Origin: Planktothrix sp. GU0601_MAG3
GTDB taxonomy: Bacteria; Cyanobacteriota; Cyanobacteriia; Cyanobacteriales; Microcoleaceae
Reading direction: 5' to 3'
Length of the DNA stretch: 64,000 bases
Assembly (NCBI GenBank): GCA_035193785.1
Contig: CP136572.1
Coordinates: 4,020,578 to 4,084,577, forward strand
In this document: positions 35,508-46,545 of the stretch, one piece after another
How the letters are laid out: the number at the start of each line of letters is the position of its first letter
How positions within the stretch are numbered: the first letter of the stretch is position 1
Notes under the pieces: generated by a model
What the model saw: the letters and a program-made list of their open reading frames with translations, nothing else
Database searches by the model: none
Told to the model about the DNA's origin: nothing
Translations under genes and position numbers: made by a program

Positions 35508-35849
35508 ATGAGTAATCACCTTCTTGTCATTCAAGATTCGGAATTTGACTCCGAAGTTCTTCAAGCAGAATCACCGGTTTTAGTCTATTTTTGGGCGGGT
35601 TGGTGTGGCCCTTGTCGGCTTGTCTCTCCTTCTATGGAAGCGATCGCTACAACCTATAGCGATCGCTTAAAAGTGGTGAAAATGGAGATCGATCTCAATC
35701 CGATCACCGTGAAATCCTATAAAGTAGAAGGGGTTCCAGCCTTGAAATTATTTAAGGCTGGGGAGGTTGTCCAGTCCCATGAAGGCGCCATTCCTAAATC
35801 TAAATTAATCGATTGGCTAGAAGCTGGTTTAGCGGATCATCTGGATTGA
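35508..35849 (+). CDS. Thioredoxin
   Basis: WCGPC active site, 113 aa. Confidence 0.92.
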   Translation: MSNHLLVIQDSEFDSEVLQAESPVLVYFWAGWCGPCRLVSPSMEAIATTYSDRLKVVKMEIDLNPITVKSYKVEGVPALKLFKAGEVVQSHEGAIPKSKLIDWLEAGLADHLD

Positions 35850-35952
35850 TTCTCGGGTCTGAAGCCTGCCCCCATAAAAACCTTCCGTGAAAATCGGGAG
35901 GGGGCGCACTCGTTTTCAATCTCCCAGATATGTTTTTAAACATGAGTTTTTT

Positions 35953-36023
35953 CTATTCCCTATTCCCTGTTTTTTGTTACCCATTCGTAATTCGTAATTC
36001 GTAATTCGTAATTCCCTGTTCCC
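35953..36023. repeat. STRR heptamer tracts (TTCCCTR)n and (ATTCGTA)n
   Basis: Tandem heptamers just upstream of the aminotransferase. Confidence 0.9.
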
Positions 36024-36041
36024 GTTTTTTTATAATTCATT

Positions 36042-37245
36042 ATGAAATTTGCTAATCGTTTAGATCTATTGCGCTCTAATGTTTTTGCTGATATGGATCG
36101 AGCTAAAGCTAAGGCTGTATTAGCAGGACAAGATTTAATTGATTTATCCTTGGGTTCTTCCGATTTACCTGCTGCTGATCATATTATTACCGAGATCCAG
36201 GCATCTTTATCCGATCCGAGTACCCATGGTTATCTATTATTTCGCAATACCCGGGAGTTTCGGGAAACCGTCGCCCAGTGGTACAGCAACCGCTATGGAA
36301 TTACGGTTGATCCAGAAACCGAGGTTTTACAATTAATTGGTTCCCAGGAAGGAACGGCCCATTTGCCCCTGGCTATCCTCAACCCGGGTGATTTTGCCCT
36401 ATTACAAGATCCGGGTTATCCCTCCCATTTGGGCGGGGTCTATTTAGCCGGGGGGCAAATGTATCCGATGCCTTTACTGGCGGAAAATGACTTTTTACCT
36501 GTGTTTGAGGATATTCCCGAAACCGTATTAAAACAATCTCGGATGATGGTCTTGAGTTATCCCCATAATCCCACCTCCGCCACGGCTCCTTTATCCTTTT
36601 TCCAGCAGGCGGTGGAATTTTGCCAAAACCATGATTTAGTGTTAGTTCACGATTTTCCCTATATGGATTTTGTCTTTCCCCGGGGCGAACAAACTATTGC
36701 TGAATTAGCCCCATCTATTTTACAAGCCGATCCGAATAAAACCGTTTCCATTGAGTTCTTTACTTTTTCTAAGTCCTATAATATGGGGGGCTTCCGGGTG
36801 GGATTTGCTATTGGGAATGCCGAATTAATTTTGGCTTTACGCCGGATTAAAGCTGTGGTTGATTTTAACCAATATCAAGGAATTTTGAAGGGAGCGATCG
36901 CGGCTTTAACCGGGCCACAGGAACATATTGCCCAGAATATGAATATCTTTGCAGCCCGACGGGATGCGTTTATTCAAGGAATGCAGAATATTGGCTGGAA
37001 TATCCCGAAACCCGAAGCGACCCTATATATTTGGGCGAAACTTCCTGAGCCCTGGTCAGGGGATTCTATTGGTTTTTGTCAACAACTGGTGGAAAAAACA
37101 GGAGTCGCCGCCTCTGCGGGGGTAGGATTTGGCCAATCCGGTGAAGGATATGTCCGATTTGCCCTAGTTTCATCCCCCCGAGGTTTTAGCAACGGCGGTA
37201 GACCGAATTGCCGAATTTCTAAGAACATCCAAACCCACCATTTAA
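36042..37245 (+). CDS. PLP-dependent class I/II aminotransferase (LL-diaminopimelate aminotransferase-like); apparent frameshift at ~37169
   Basis: GSQEG, YPHNPT, HDFPY, TFSKSYNMGGFRVG, GEGYVRFAL. Confidence 0.88.
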
Positions 37246-37425
37246 GCTGAGAAAAACCCAGAATCAATCATTTTCAATTATCAATAATTAACTTTAAATT
37301 TGTTCTGTGCCGGGGTAGGAAAAGCTTTTGAACCTGAAATCTTAAAATTTGTTAATTGACTAAATATTTAGCTCCCTTCCCCGATACACTCAATAAGCAG
37401 GTCAGTCCAGAAGTCCCAAGCTATT

Positions 37426-38703
37426 ATGTCTAGTACAATCTCGCAACCTTCAAATTCTGAGCCAACAACTCCGATAACCCGCCATCAAATTGTGATTGTT
37501 GGGGGAGGAGCCGGAGGAATTACCGTCGCCGCCCAATTGCTGCGGAAAAATTCCAGCCTCGATATTGCTATTATTGAACCCTCAGATAAACATTATTATC
37601 AACCCGCTTGGACGTTGGTGGGTGGGGGAGCCTATAAAATTGAAGATACAATTAAGGAGGAAAAAGACTGTATTCCCCCGGGTGTCAAGTGGATTAAAGC
37701 CTACGCGGATAAATTTGAACCCGAAAATAATTTAGTGATTACAAAAGATGGTCAACGCATTAATTATCAATACTTAGTGGTTTGTCCGGGGATTCAAATT
37801 GATTGGCATTTAGTTGAGGGATTAAAAGATGCTATTGGGAAAAATGGTGTCACCAGTAATTATTCCCTGGAATACGCCCCCTACACTTGGGAATTGTTGA
37901 AAAATTTTAAAGGGGGAACGGCAATTTTTACCTTTCCATCTACACCAATTAAATGTGGAGGGGCCCCCCAAAAAATTATGTATTTAGCCGATGAGACCTT
38001 CCGCAATAATGGGGTACGGGAAAAAAGCCGGGTGATGTATTGTACGGCGGTAGCTAAAATGTTCCCGATTCCTGGCTATTGTGAAGCCTTGGAAAAAGTG
38101 GTAGAACGTCAGAATATTGAGGTTAATTATAAACATAATCTGAAAGCAATTAAACCGGAAACAAAAGAAGCAATTTTTACGGTAACAACCGATAACGGTG
38201 TGGAGGAAGTCAGTATTAAATATGATTTCATTCACGTTACGCCGCCCATGAGTTCTCCTGATTTTATTAAGAATAGTCCCCTAGCAGTGCAACCGGGGGG
38301 ATGGGTAGATGTGAATAAAAACACGTTACAACATAATGTTTATCCGAATGTTTTTGCATTAGGAGATGCGTCTTCTTTACCGACTTCTAAAACGGCGGCG
38401 GCTATTCGGAAACAAGCGCCTGCTTTAGTGGAAAATCTTTATGGGTTAATTTATGCTCAAAAACTAACGGGAAGTTATGATGGTTATACCTGTTGTCCGT
38501 TAATTACGGGTTACGGAAAAACGATTATGGCGGAGTTTACATACCAGAATAAACCCGACTCTAGTTTTCCTTTTGATCCCACACAAGAACGTTATATTAT
38601 GTGGTTAGCCAAGCGTTATATTTTACCTTGGTTATATTGGAACCGGATGTTAAAAGGCGCACCCTTTGAAGCGGAACGTTTGAAAAAGTTAACCGGAAAA
38701 TAA
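37426..38703 (+). CDS. Sulfide:quinone oxidoreductase-like flavoprotein (type II SQR)
   Basis: GGGAGG FAD motif, HYYQPAWTLVGGG, KCGGAPQK, YDGYTCCPL. Confidence 0.8.
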   Translation: MSSTISQPSNSEPTTPITRHQIVIVGGGAGGITVAAQLLRKNSSLDIAIIEPSDKHYYQPAWTLVGGGAYKIEDTIKEEKDCIPPGVKWIKAYADKFEPENNLVITKDGQRINYQYLVVCPGIQIDWHLVEGLKDAIGKNGVTSNYSLEYAPYTWELLKNFKGGTAIFTFPSTPIKCGGAPQKIMYLADETFRNNGVREKSRVMYCTAVAKMFPIPGYCEALEKVVERQNIEVNYKHNLKAIKPETKEAIFTVTTDNGVEEVSIKYDFIHVTPPMSSPDFIKNSPLAVQPGGWVDVNKNTLQHNVYPNVFALGDASSLPTSKTAAAIRKQAPALVENLYGLIYAQKLTGSYDGYTCCPLITGYGKTIMAEFTYQNKPDSSFPFDPTQERYIMWLAKRYILPWLYWNRMLKGAPFEAERLKKLTGK

Positions 38704-38759
38704 CGTAGTAAGCCCTTTAGGGCTTCCACAGACAGTTGACTATTATATAATCAACTGTC
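38704..38759. terminator. REP-like palindrome and hairpin between convergent genes
   Basis: CGTAGTAAGCCCTTTAGGGCT (identical reverse copy at 59658-59678) and GACAGTTGA...TCAACTGTC. Confidence 0.65.
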
Positions 38760-38772
38760 TACCATCAACTAT

Positions 38773-40165
38773 TTAAAACTCAATGGTTTGTGGCGCTCTG
38801 GGGAAGGGAATCACATCCCGAATATTCCCCATCCCCGTCATAAATTGTACCACCCGATCAAATCCTAATCCGAATCCGGCGTGGGGGACGGTTTCCATAT
38901 TTTCTCAATTCCAAATACCACCATAATTCCTCTGGATTTATTCCTAAAGTTTTCATGCGGTTTTCTAACATTTCTAACCGTTCTTCCCGTTGGGAACCTC
39001 CGACAATTTCTCCAATTTTCGGAGCTAAAACATCCATAGCCCGAACGGTTTTTCCATCCTCATTTAAGCGCATATAAAAGGCTTTAATTTCTTTAGGATA
39101 GTCCGTGACAATTGTGGGTTTTTTAAAGTATTCTTCTGCTAGATAACGTTCATGTTCCGATTGTAAATCCAACCCCCAACTCACCGGATATTCAAACTTT
39201 TTATCCGCTTTTTCTAAAATTGCGATCGCTTCGGTATAAGTAATTCTTCCAAACTCATTATTAATAATATTATGAGCCGTTTCTAATACCGATTTATCAA
39301 TCCTTTCATTAAAAAATTCCATGTCTTCAGGACATTTTTCTAACACCGATTTAAAGATATGTTTTAAGAAATCTTCGGCTAAATCCATATCTCCTTCTAA
39401 ATCACAAAAAGCCATTTCCGGTTCAATCATCCAAAATTCCGCTAAATGGCGAGAAGTATTAGAATTTTCCGCCCGAAATGTCGGCCCAAAAGTATAAACA
39501 TTCCCAAACGCCATCGCCATAATTTCCGCTTCTAATTGCCCACTTACGGTTAAATAAGCGGGTTTTCCAAAGAAGTCTTGACTATAATCTACCTGTTTAG
39601 ATTCTGTTAGGGGAATATCCTTTAATTTAAAATTAGTTACACCAAACATTTCCCCGGCTCCTTCACAATCACTGGAAGTAATAATCGGAGTATGAACCCA
39701 TAAAAAACCCCGTTCTTGGAAGAATTCATGCACCGCCGAAGCACAGGCATTTCTCACTCGAAAAACTGCCCCCAATGTATTAGTCCGGGCGCGTAGATGC
39801 CCAATTTCGCGGAGAAATTCAAAGGAATGACGTTTTTTTTGTAAGGGATAGGTTTCGGCGTCTGCTTCCCCATAAACCTTAATCTCAGATGCTTTTAATT
39901 CTATCCGTTGTCCCTTAGCGGGAGACTCGACTAATACCCCGGAAATTTCTACCGAAGCCCCCGTATTTAGTTGTTTTAAAATATTCCCATATTCGGCTAA
40001 ATCAGGATTTAATACTACTTGCAAATTCGCCAAAGCTGAACCATCATTAATTTCTACAAAGGTAAATTCTTTTAACTCCCGTTTAGTTCTGACCCAACCC
40101 TGAACTGTTACGTTTTCGTCGGGTTTACCCGTTCTCAAAAGTTGAATAATTCTACTCACGGTCAT
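38773..40165 (-). CDS. asnS: Asparagine--tRNA ligase; apparent frameshift at ~38893
   Basis: [37 protein letters not shown]; end restored to [24 protein letters not shown]. Confidence 0.97.
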
Positions 40166-40223
40166 GGTTTTATCCTTTTTTTCAGTAATCAGTCATCAGT
40201 AGAGACGTGCCACGGCGCGTCTG

Positions 40224-40947
40224 TTAACTAAACCCGTGTTCAGCTAAAAACTCCGGGGTAATTTCTGTTAGGGCGGAAATTGCCGGAATATTATCATAAG
40301 TTTCAACATAATTCAAGTTTCCTTTGAGATAACTTTGGAGAAATTTACCAACATATTTTCCTAAAATATCTGCTTCAATATTAACCCAACTTCCCGGTTG
40401 TAAATAGCTTAAATTAGTTTCTTGATAACTATGGGGAATAACCGCCACTTCAAACCAATTACCCTCAAGATCACAATCGGAAATTGTTAGACTAATCCCA
40501 TTGACCGCAATGCTACCTTTGGGCACAATATAAGGAGCAATTTGACGCCGCCAAATATTGCTGGCACTAACGGGAGCCCCAAACCGCATTTCCCAAGAAA
40601 CTGGCTGTCGAAATCACGGACTGGAGACAACCGACTCCATCAATATGACCCGTAACAAAATGTCCCCCTAACTTACTTCCGGCTCTTAGGGACGTTTCTA
40701 AGTTAAAATAACCTTCTAAACTCTGTCCCAGTTTTGTCCGATTTAAAGTCTCAGGAGATGCCGTGGCGACAAACCCTTTATCCCGAATTTCTACCACCGT
40801 CAGACAAACTCCATCTACTGCTACACTATCGCCGATGGCCAAATCCTGGAAAATTGAATCCACATCCCCCAAAACGCAACTAATTTGGAATTGATCTTGT
40901 CCTATAGATTGAAGGGTTGCCAGCGCTTGAATGAGTCCTGTAAACAT
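40224..40947 (-). CDS. ribE: Riboflavin synthase (alpha chain); apparent frameshift at ~40599
   Basis: MFTGL start, GDSVAVDGVCLT, GGHFVTGHIDG, KGSIAVNGISLT, VNIEAD. Confidence 0.93.
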
Positions 40948-41139
40948 AGAGCAGTTAGTTTTAAAGGTTGAGGTGTTGATGGTTGAGGTGTTCACGGTTA
41001 ACGGTTAATACCTCAACGGCTAAAATCCAATGTCGATTCCGACAAAAATCAAGGCATACTGGAATAAAGTCGGTGTGAGTGTGTATCGCTTAACCACTGA
41101 GTTTGTCGGGAATATTTGATAGAGAGGCTAATAAACCCA

Positions 41140-41649
41140 ATGATTGAAATGAAAGTCGCTGGAATTGCACTCGACGCGGCTACACGCAGCCCCATTATTC
41201 TACTGCGAGATGCGGTCGAGAGACGTGCTTTGCCGATTTATGTAGGCCAGGATCAAGCCAAGTCCATTCTCGGTGCTTTAGAAAACCATAAACCACCCCG
41301 ACCCCTGACCCATGATCTATTTGTTAATCTTCTCGAAACTTGGGACATGACCCTAGAAAAGATTATCATTCATTCCTTGCAAGATAGCACGTTTTATGCA
41401 GTGTTAATTGTACGTCAAGGAGAAATCAGGAAGGAAATTGATGCTCGTCCTAGTGATGCAATTGCAATTGCTTTGCGCACCGATAGCCCAATTTGGGTGA
41501 TGGAAGAAGTAATTGCCGATGCTTCTATTCCTGTGGACAGGGACGCAGATGAGGCGGAAAGACGGGCATTTCGAGACTTTATCTCTAATTTGAGTCCTTC
41601 GGATTTAATCAAACGTTCAGAATTGAATAAAACCGATGAAACACAATAG
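41140..41649 (+). CDS. Bifunctional nuclease family protein (DUF151)
   Basis: RPLTHDL, IDARPSDAIAIA. Confidence 0.9.
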   Translation: MIEMKVAGIALDAATRSPIILLRDAVERRALPIYVGQDQAKSILGALENHKPPRPLTHDLFVNLLETWDMTLEKIIIHSLQDSTFYAVLIVRQGEIRKEIDARPSDAIAIALRTDSPIWVMEEVIADASIPVDRDADEAERRAFRDFISNLSPSDLIKRSELNKTDETQ

Positions 41650-41760
41650 GAGAGCAGGGGGAGTGGGGGAGCAGGGGAGGCAGGGGGAGTAGGAGGAGCA
41701 GGGGGAGCAGGGGAGCAGGGGAGCAGGGGAGCAGGGGAAGTAGGGGAGCAGGGGAAGTAG
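41649..41760 (+). repeat. G-rich tandem repeat (GGGGAGCA-like units)
   Basis: About 12 imperfect 8-9-nt units with G4-G5 runs. Confidence 0.9.
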
Positions 41761-41845
41761 TGCGTATTTACTTGCTAATAACCCCAAAACTAATAATAAC
41801 TAAGAAGCAACAGTTAATCATCAACTAATTATCAACATATCAATA

Positions 41846-42967
41846 ATGCGTTATAGACGGTTTGGCAAAACGAACCTGAATTTTTCTGTATTTTCCTTGG
41901 GGACGATGCGTTATTTAGCATCTCCAGAAAATGCCTATTTAACAGTCAAAAAAGCGATTTCTCTAGGGATAAATCATATTGAAACCGCCCAGGGTTATGG
42001 TGAAAGTGAATCTTTTTTAGGGGCGGCAATATTAGGAGGTTTGTCAATAGAGCGATCGCAATTTTATGTGACGACTAAAATCACCCCCAATTCTAACCCA
42101 GATGTGTTAGAAAAAAAAATTGATCAATCCCTAGAACGCCTGAATTTAGATTATCTCGACTGTCTGGCAATTCATGGAATTAATACCAGAGAACACCTAG
42201 AACAAACCCTTCAAGGACTATCAGGAGTTGAGAAGGCGATCGCCGATGGTCGAGTACATCATTTAGGTTTTTCAACTCATGCTCCCCTGGCAATCATTTT
42301 AGAGGCAATTAATACAGATTTATTTCAATTTGTCAATCTACATTATTACTATTTTTTTCAAAGAAATGCGATCGCCCTTGAGTTGGCGGCTAAAAAGGAT
42401 ATGGGGATTTTTATTATTTCTCCGGTGGATAAAGGTGGACAACTTTATGCTCCTCCAGAAACTTTAAAAAACCTCTGTGATCCGATTTCTCCCCTAATAT
42501 TAAATTATCGATTCTTATTAAATGATCACCGGATTACAACTTTAAGTTTAGGGGCGACGACCCCCGATGATTTAGATGACTTTTTAAAAGTAGCCGACCA
42601 AGAAGTTGAATTAACCTCAGAAGAAATAGCCATTTTCCAACAATTAGAAACTCAACAAATAGAACGTTTAGGAACAACAAAATGTAGTCAATGTAATCAA
42701 TGTTTACCCTGTCCAGAACAGATTAATATTCCCGAAGTATTACGGTTAAGAAATTTAGCCCTAGCCTACGATATGATCGAATTTGGCAAATATCGTTATC
42801 AAATGTTTGAAAATGCTGGTCATTGGTTCCCAGGAAATAAAGCAAATCGTTGTAATGACTGTGGCGACTGTTTACCCCGTTGTCCTGAACAATTAGACAT
42901 TCCCACTTTATTAAGAGATACCCACGAACTGCTGAAGGGGACAGAAAGAAAACGACTTTGGGAATAA
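41846..42967 (+). CDS. Aldo/keto reductase with a C-terminal 4Fe-4S domain
   Basis: MRYRRFGKT, HIETAQGYG, GFSTH; CSQCNQCLPCP and CNDCGDCLPRCP. Confidence 0.92.
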   Translation: MRYRRFGKTNLNFSVFSLGTMRYLASPENAYLTVKKAISLGINHIETAQGYGESESFLGAAILGGLSIERSQFYVTTKITPNSNPDVLEKKIDQSLERLNLDYLDCLAIHGINTREHLEQTLQGLSGVEKAIADGRVHHLGFSTHAPLAIILEAINTDLFQFVNLHYYYFFQRNAIALELAAKKDMGIFIISPVDKGGQLYAPPETLKNLCDPISPLILNYRFLLNDHRITTLSLGATTPDDLDDFLKVADQEVELTSEEIAIFQQLETQQIERLGTTKCSQCNQCLPCPEQINIPEVLRLRNLALAYDMIEFGKYRYQMFENAGHWFPGNKANRCNDCGDCLPRCPEQLDIPTLLRDTHELLKGTERKRLWE

Positions 42968-43017
42968 AAATTATTCTACTTTGTGTCTTTGTGATTAATT
43001 TTATCCTATTTTAATTT

Positions 43018-43548
43018 ATGAATTTTATCAATAAAATAGCTAAATTTTTTATCTGGATCTTGATTTTTAATAGTTTAATTTATCCCGTAAGATCACAGAC
43101 ATATCCAGAAAAAGATAGTTTACCCGTTGACCTGAATAAACCTACTAAACACTGTTTTTCAGAAGATGCTGTTTTACCCTTTCCTCCCCTATCTCAAACG
43201 GAACCGAGTATTCCTAATCTTTGGTTAGCCGAAAAACTTTATGAAGATAAAGTTATGAAAACTTGGTATATTGAGGATAGCATTGTGCAACTTTCACCTA
43301 ATCTTTATTTAGATTCTTCTATAACATTAGTAGTAGACCGAGAAAAATGGAATGCAGAACAGTATTTAGGACAATATGTATTGGTAAACAGATTTGCAAC
43401 CGTAGCTCAAAGTTATGGTTATAATTTGCGAGTTTGTAACCTTCAAGGAGATTTACTTGCCTATTATTACTGTGATTTTACCATATCTCCTTTAGACTGT
43501 AAGGTTAAAATACGATCTACTGGTTTAAGAAGACGAGATTTTAAATAG
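43018..43548 (+). CDS. Hypothetical exported protein
   Basis: 176 aa ORF with a signal-like N-terminus. Confidence 0.6.
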   Translation: MNFINKIAKFFIWILIFNSLIYPVRSQTYPEKDSLPVDLNKPTKHCFSEDAVLPFPPLSQTEPSIPNLWLAEKLYEDKVMKTWYIEDSIVQLSPNLYLDSSITLVVDREKWNAEQYLGQYVLVNRFATVAQSYGYNLRVCNLQGDLLAYYYCDFTISPLDCKVKIRSTGLRRRDFK

Positions 43549-43561
43549 GAGTCAACTAATT

Positions 43562-44144
43562 ATGATTGCTCAAACTGAAACAAAAATCTACACTCCTGAA
43601 GAATACCTAGAACTAGAAATTGTCTGTGAAACTCGCAACGAATATCGCAATGGAGAAATTATTCCTATGACTGGTGGAAACACCCGACCATAACGAAATT
43701 GCAGGAAACCTTAACGCTTCTCTCAAACTTGCGTTAAAAGGTCAACCTTATCGCATTTTTATCGCAGATCAACGGCTGTGGATTCCAACTATTAACATCT
43801 ATACCTATCCTGATATTATGGTACTGCAAAAGCCCATAGAACTGCAAATCGGACGCAAAGATACAGTGATTAATCCTTGTTTTATTGCCGAAATTCTATC
43901 TAAATCCACCCAAAATTATGACCGCAGCGAAAAATTTGCCACCTATCGAACAATCCCCACTTTTCAAGAATATTTATTAGTGGATCAATATCGGATTCAT
44001 GTCGAACATTATGTTAAAACTGGTGTGAATCAATGGATATTTTCAGAATATGATGATCCCAATATTACTTTAGCTTTAAATACCCTGGAATTACAAATAT
44101 TAATTGCCGATCTTTATGAAAATATTGATTTTATCAATTCCTAA
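43562..44144 (+). CDS. Uma2 family endonuclease-like protein; apparent frameshift at ~43679
   Basis: MIAQTETKIYTPEEYLELE..EYRNGEIIPMTGGTPDHN, YPD, EILSKST. Confidence 0.9.
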
Positions 44145-44184
44145 TGGAATGATCCCCCCTTTTTTTAGTTGAGGGGGAATCTTT

Positions 44185-45838
44185 TTAAAACTCCGCAGGA
44201 ATTAACTGTAATCGCCCTAAATCTAAATCTTCAGAAGCAATAAAACGGACTTCCAATAAAGCCATCATATCCTTAAATTGGGGTTGACCCCGGGAAGCAC
44301 CCGTTAATCCCATGGCAATAATTAAACCACACCAACCCTTAGTTTTTTTACAGCGTTGTTCCCATTTTTTTCGTGCTTCTTGATGCACCGGATCATCTTC
44401 AACAAACTCTCCAAATAAATGTAAATCTCCGTCTTCTGTCTTCAAAATTCCCAAGTCATAATTAGAGCCCGCCATGGGATCTTCACCCGGATTAAAACCA
44501 ATTCCTTGCAGTCCTCCCGCATCCTGTAAACTGCGAATTAATACCTCAGCTTTTGGTTTAGTAGTTTGAATCACAACCACTGGTAAACCCTCTCCCGCTT
44601 CGGGAATTTCTGCTTCTGCGGCTTGATGAAATTGGGTATTACTTCGCAAATATTTGGCTGTTTCCCAAGGGACAACACCCAAACTCAAGAAAGATTTAGG
44701 CGGGACTAAATCGTCGCGTAACCGAGGAGCATCGATCTCCATATCCTCGTCATCATCATCATCATCCGCCACCATTGACGCCAACTCCGAGGCAATATCG
44801 GGTAAAGTTTCCACCTTTACCGAGATCTGTTTTTTCTCTCCATCGGGCAAATCGACCGGAATTCGATACCGACGATTGAGACTGGGAAACTCATGTTGGG
44901 CTAATTTTTGACGATGATCGCGTAAAAATCTATGTAGGGCTTCTAAAGCGATTAAAACAATCGCCGCTTCTTCATCATATAAAATTGAACGTAATCCTTC
45001 TAGGGGATGAAGATTGCCAAAATTTGGTTCAATTTCCGAGGGGGATAAATTAGTGATCTTGACAAAATCATCATCATCTTCGTCCTCATCCTCATCAAAA
45101 CCATCGGTGCGATCAAAAGTAACAAATAAACAGTCTTGAGTTAAAAAGGCTTCCTCTAAATTTTCATAGGATTTATTGCGAACAATTCTTTCTCGAAACC
45201 GCCTTAACGAATCCAAAGAACGATATAACAATACCCCATAATCCATTCCCAGTTTTCCCAAAGTGGAAATATATAAGGTATTAATGCCAAATAGGTTTAA
45301 TTCAACTGAAATAATCTGATGATCTCCTAACTTTTCCCAAGGAGCATCTTGCCAAATTTGATAGGCTTTTTCCGTTACCGCCTTTGCATATTGGGGCGGG
45401 AGTTGGGGCGGCCGACTCTGGGCTACTTCCTGCAACCCCCGAAAAATTTCATCAATCAGAGGTAAATCCGGGACATATTCAATGACAATATCTAAATCTT
45501 GCAGAAACTCCCCGCAGAAAAAATTGAATTTCCCGATCTTTGACCACTATTTTTTGGGGACGGGCTACGGGCGCGGGACTTTGGGGATGTTCGATGGCCC
45601 TGAGTAGGGTTCGGACAATTGCCTCTGGCCCCATATCCGGTGCAACCATATCCATTGCTCGCACCATCCCCTGGGAACCATCTACCCAAATAATACATTC
45701 GCCCGCAGTTTCGGAGTCTGTGTCGGCACTAGGACTGGCATCCGTCGCCATTGGACGCCGATCTCCTTCCCATACACTGGGAATTTGGGGTAAATTTTTG
45801 AGCCTACGAACGGTTGAGTGATTCAGAGTTGCCATCAA
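44185..45838 (-). CDS. Conserved cyanobacterial hypothetical protein (DUF6930-like); apparent frameshift at ~45506
   Basis: ORFs 45479..45838 and 44185..45435 join as FLRGVLQDLDIVIEYVPDLPLIDEIFRGLQ. Confidence 0.75.
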
Positions 45839-45945
45839 ATTAATCTTAATCTTGGGGTAGTTTCACCAGTTTCGATGATGCCGCACAACGAATTGCTTAA
45901 ACTCGCCATGGTTTTATGCAATGCTTTCTCTATATTATAAGAAAA

Positions 45946-46163
45946 ATCCCAGAAAACTCAGGCAATTAAGCACAGTGGTTAGAACCGGATCAAACCTATC
46001 TCGTCACTTTACCGGAATTTGGCTCCTATGCTGATACTCATGGCGCGGATGCCAAAAGCTATCAAGAAAAAGATGTTAAAAAAGCCTTGAAATCCTTGGA
46101 AAATTTACAATAGGAGGATAAACAATGCGCTCCCAATATAGTATTTTAATTCAATGGTCAGAA
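45946..46163 (+). pseudogene. Scrambled HicA/HicB toxin-antitoxin remnants
   Basis: PRKLRQL (HicA N-term-like), QWLEPDQTYLVTLPEFGSYADTHG (HicB-like), ADAKSYQEKDVKKAL* (HicA C-term-like), then RBS GGAGG and MRSQYSILIQWSE (HicB N-term-like). Confidence 0.7.
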
Positions 46164-46172
46164 ATCGCAATT

Positions 46173-46457
46173 TTATTTAATTTCGATAAATTCAATCTGC
46201 GGTAAAAGGGGCTCTTTAACCATCGCAATACCCGTGAATCCCCAACGCTGTAAAATCGGTTTAATTTGATAACCCGTAACCGATTCTAAAGCAAACCGAT
46301 CTTTAACATCCCTAGCGTGTTTGTTTAAATAACTCAAAGCATCAAAATTTTCTGAAAATAATAATAAATAAGTTAATGGATTATCGGGGTCAGGATGGGC
46401 AGTCACATACCGTCCATCAGCTTTCGAGCGCAGAATATAATAAACTTCAGAGAGCAT
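46173..46457 (-). CDS. Small conserved hypothetical protein
   Basis: 94 aa ORF (YLLLFSENFDALSYLNKHA...LQRWGFTGI) with an upstream AAGGAG. Confidence 0.7.
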   Translation of the reverse strand: MLSEVYYILRSKADGRYVTAHPDPDNPLTYLLLFSENFDALSYLNKHARDVKDRFALESVTGYQIKPILQRWGFTGIAMVKEPLLPQIEFIEIK

Positions 46458-46545
46458 TTAAACCGTCTCCTTAAAATTACAAACTAGGTTTACCCCAATT
46501 TATTTTGATCCTACCATTTCTATTTTATATTTTACCTCTAAAATT

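Noticed and set aside
20628..40165. Mass pseudogenisation or programmed frameshifting of aspS, cobN, topA, asnS and others
   Set aside because: Essential genes are hit, there are no in-frame stops or other decay, and every break is the same GAAC/GTTC insertion with no slippery heptamer; a sequencing artefact is far more likely.
29886..44144. Uma2 genes as a restriction/defence system explaining the GAAC/GTTC signal
   Set aside because: Uma2 paralogues are very common in cyanobacteria, and no methyltransferase or dnd gene is adjacent.
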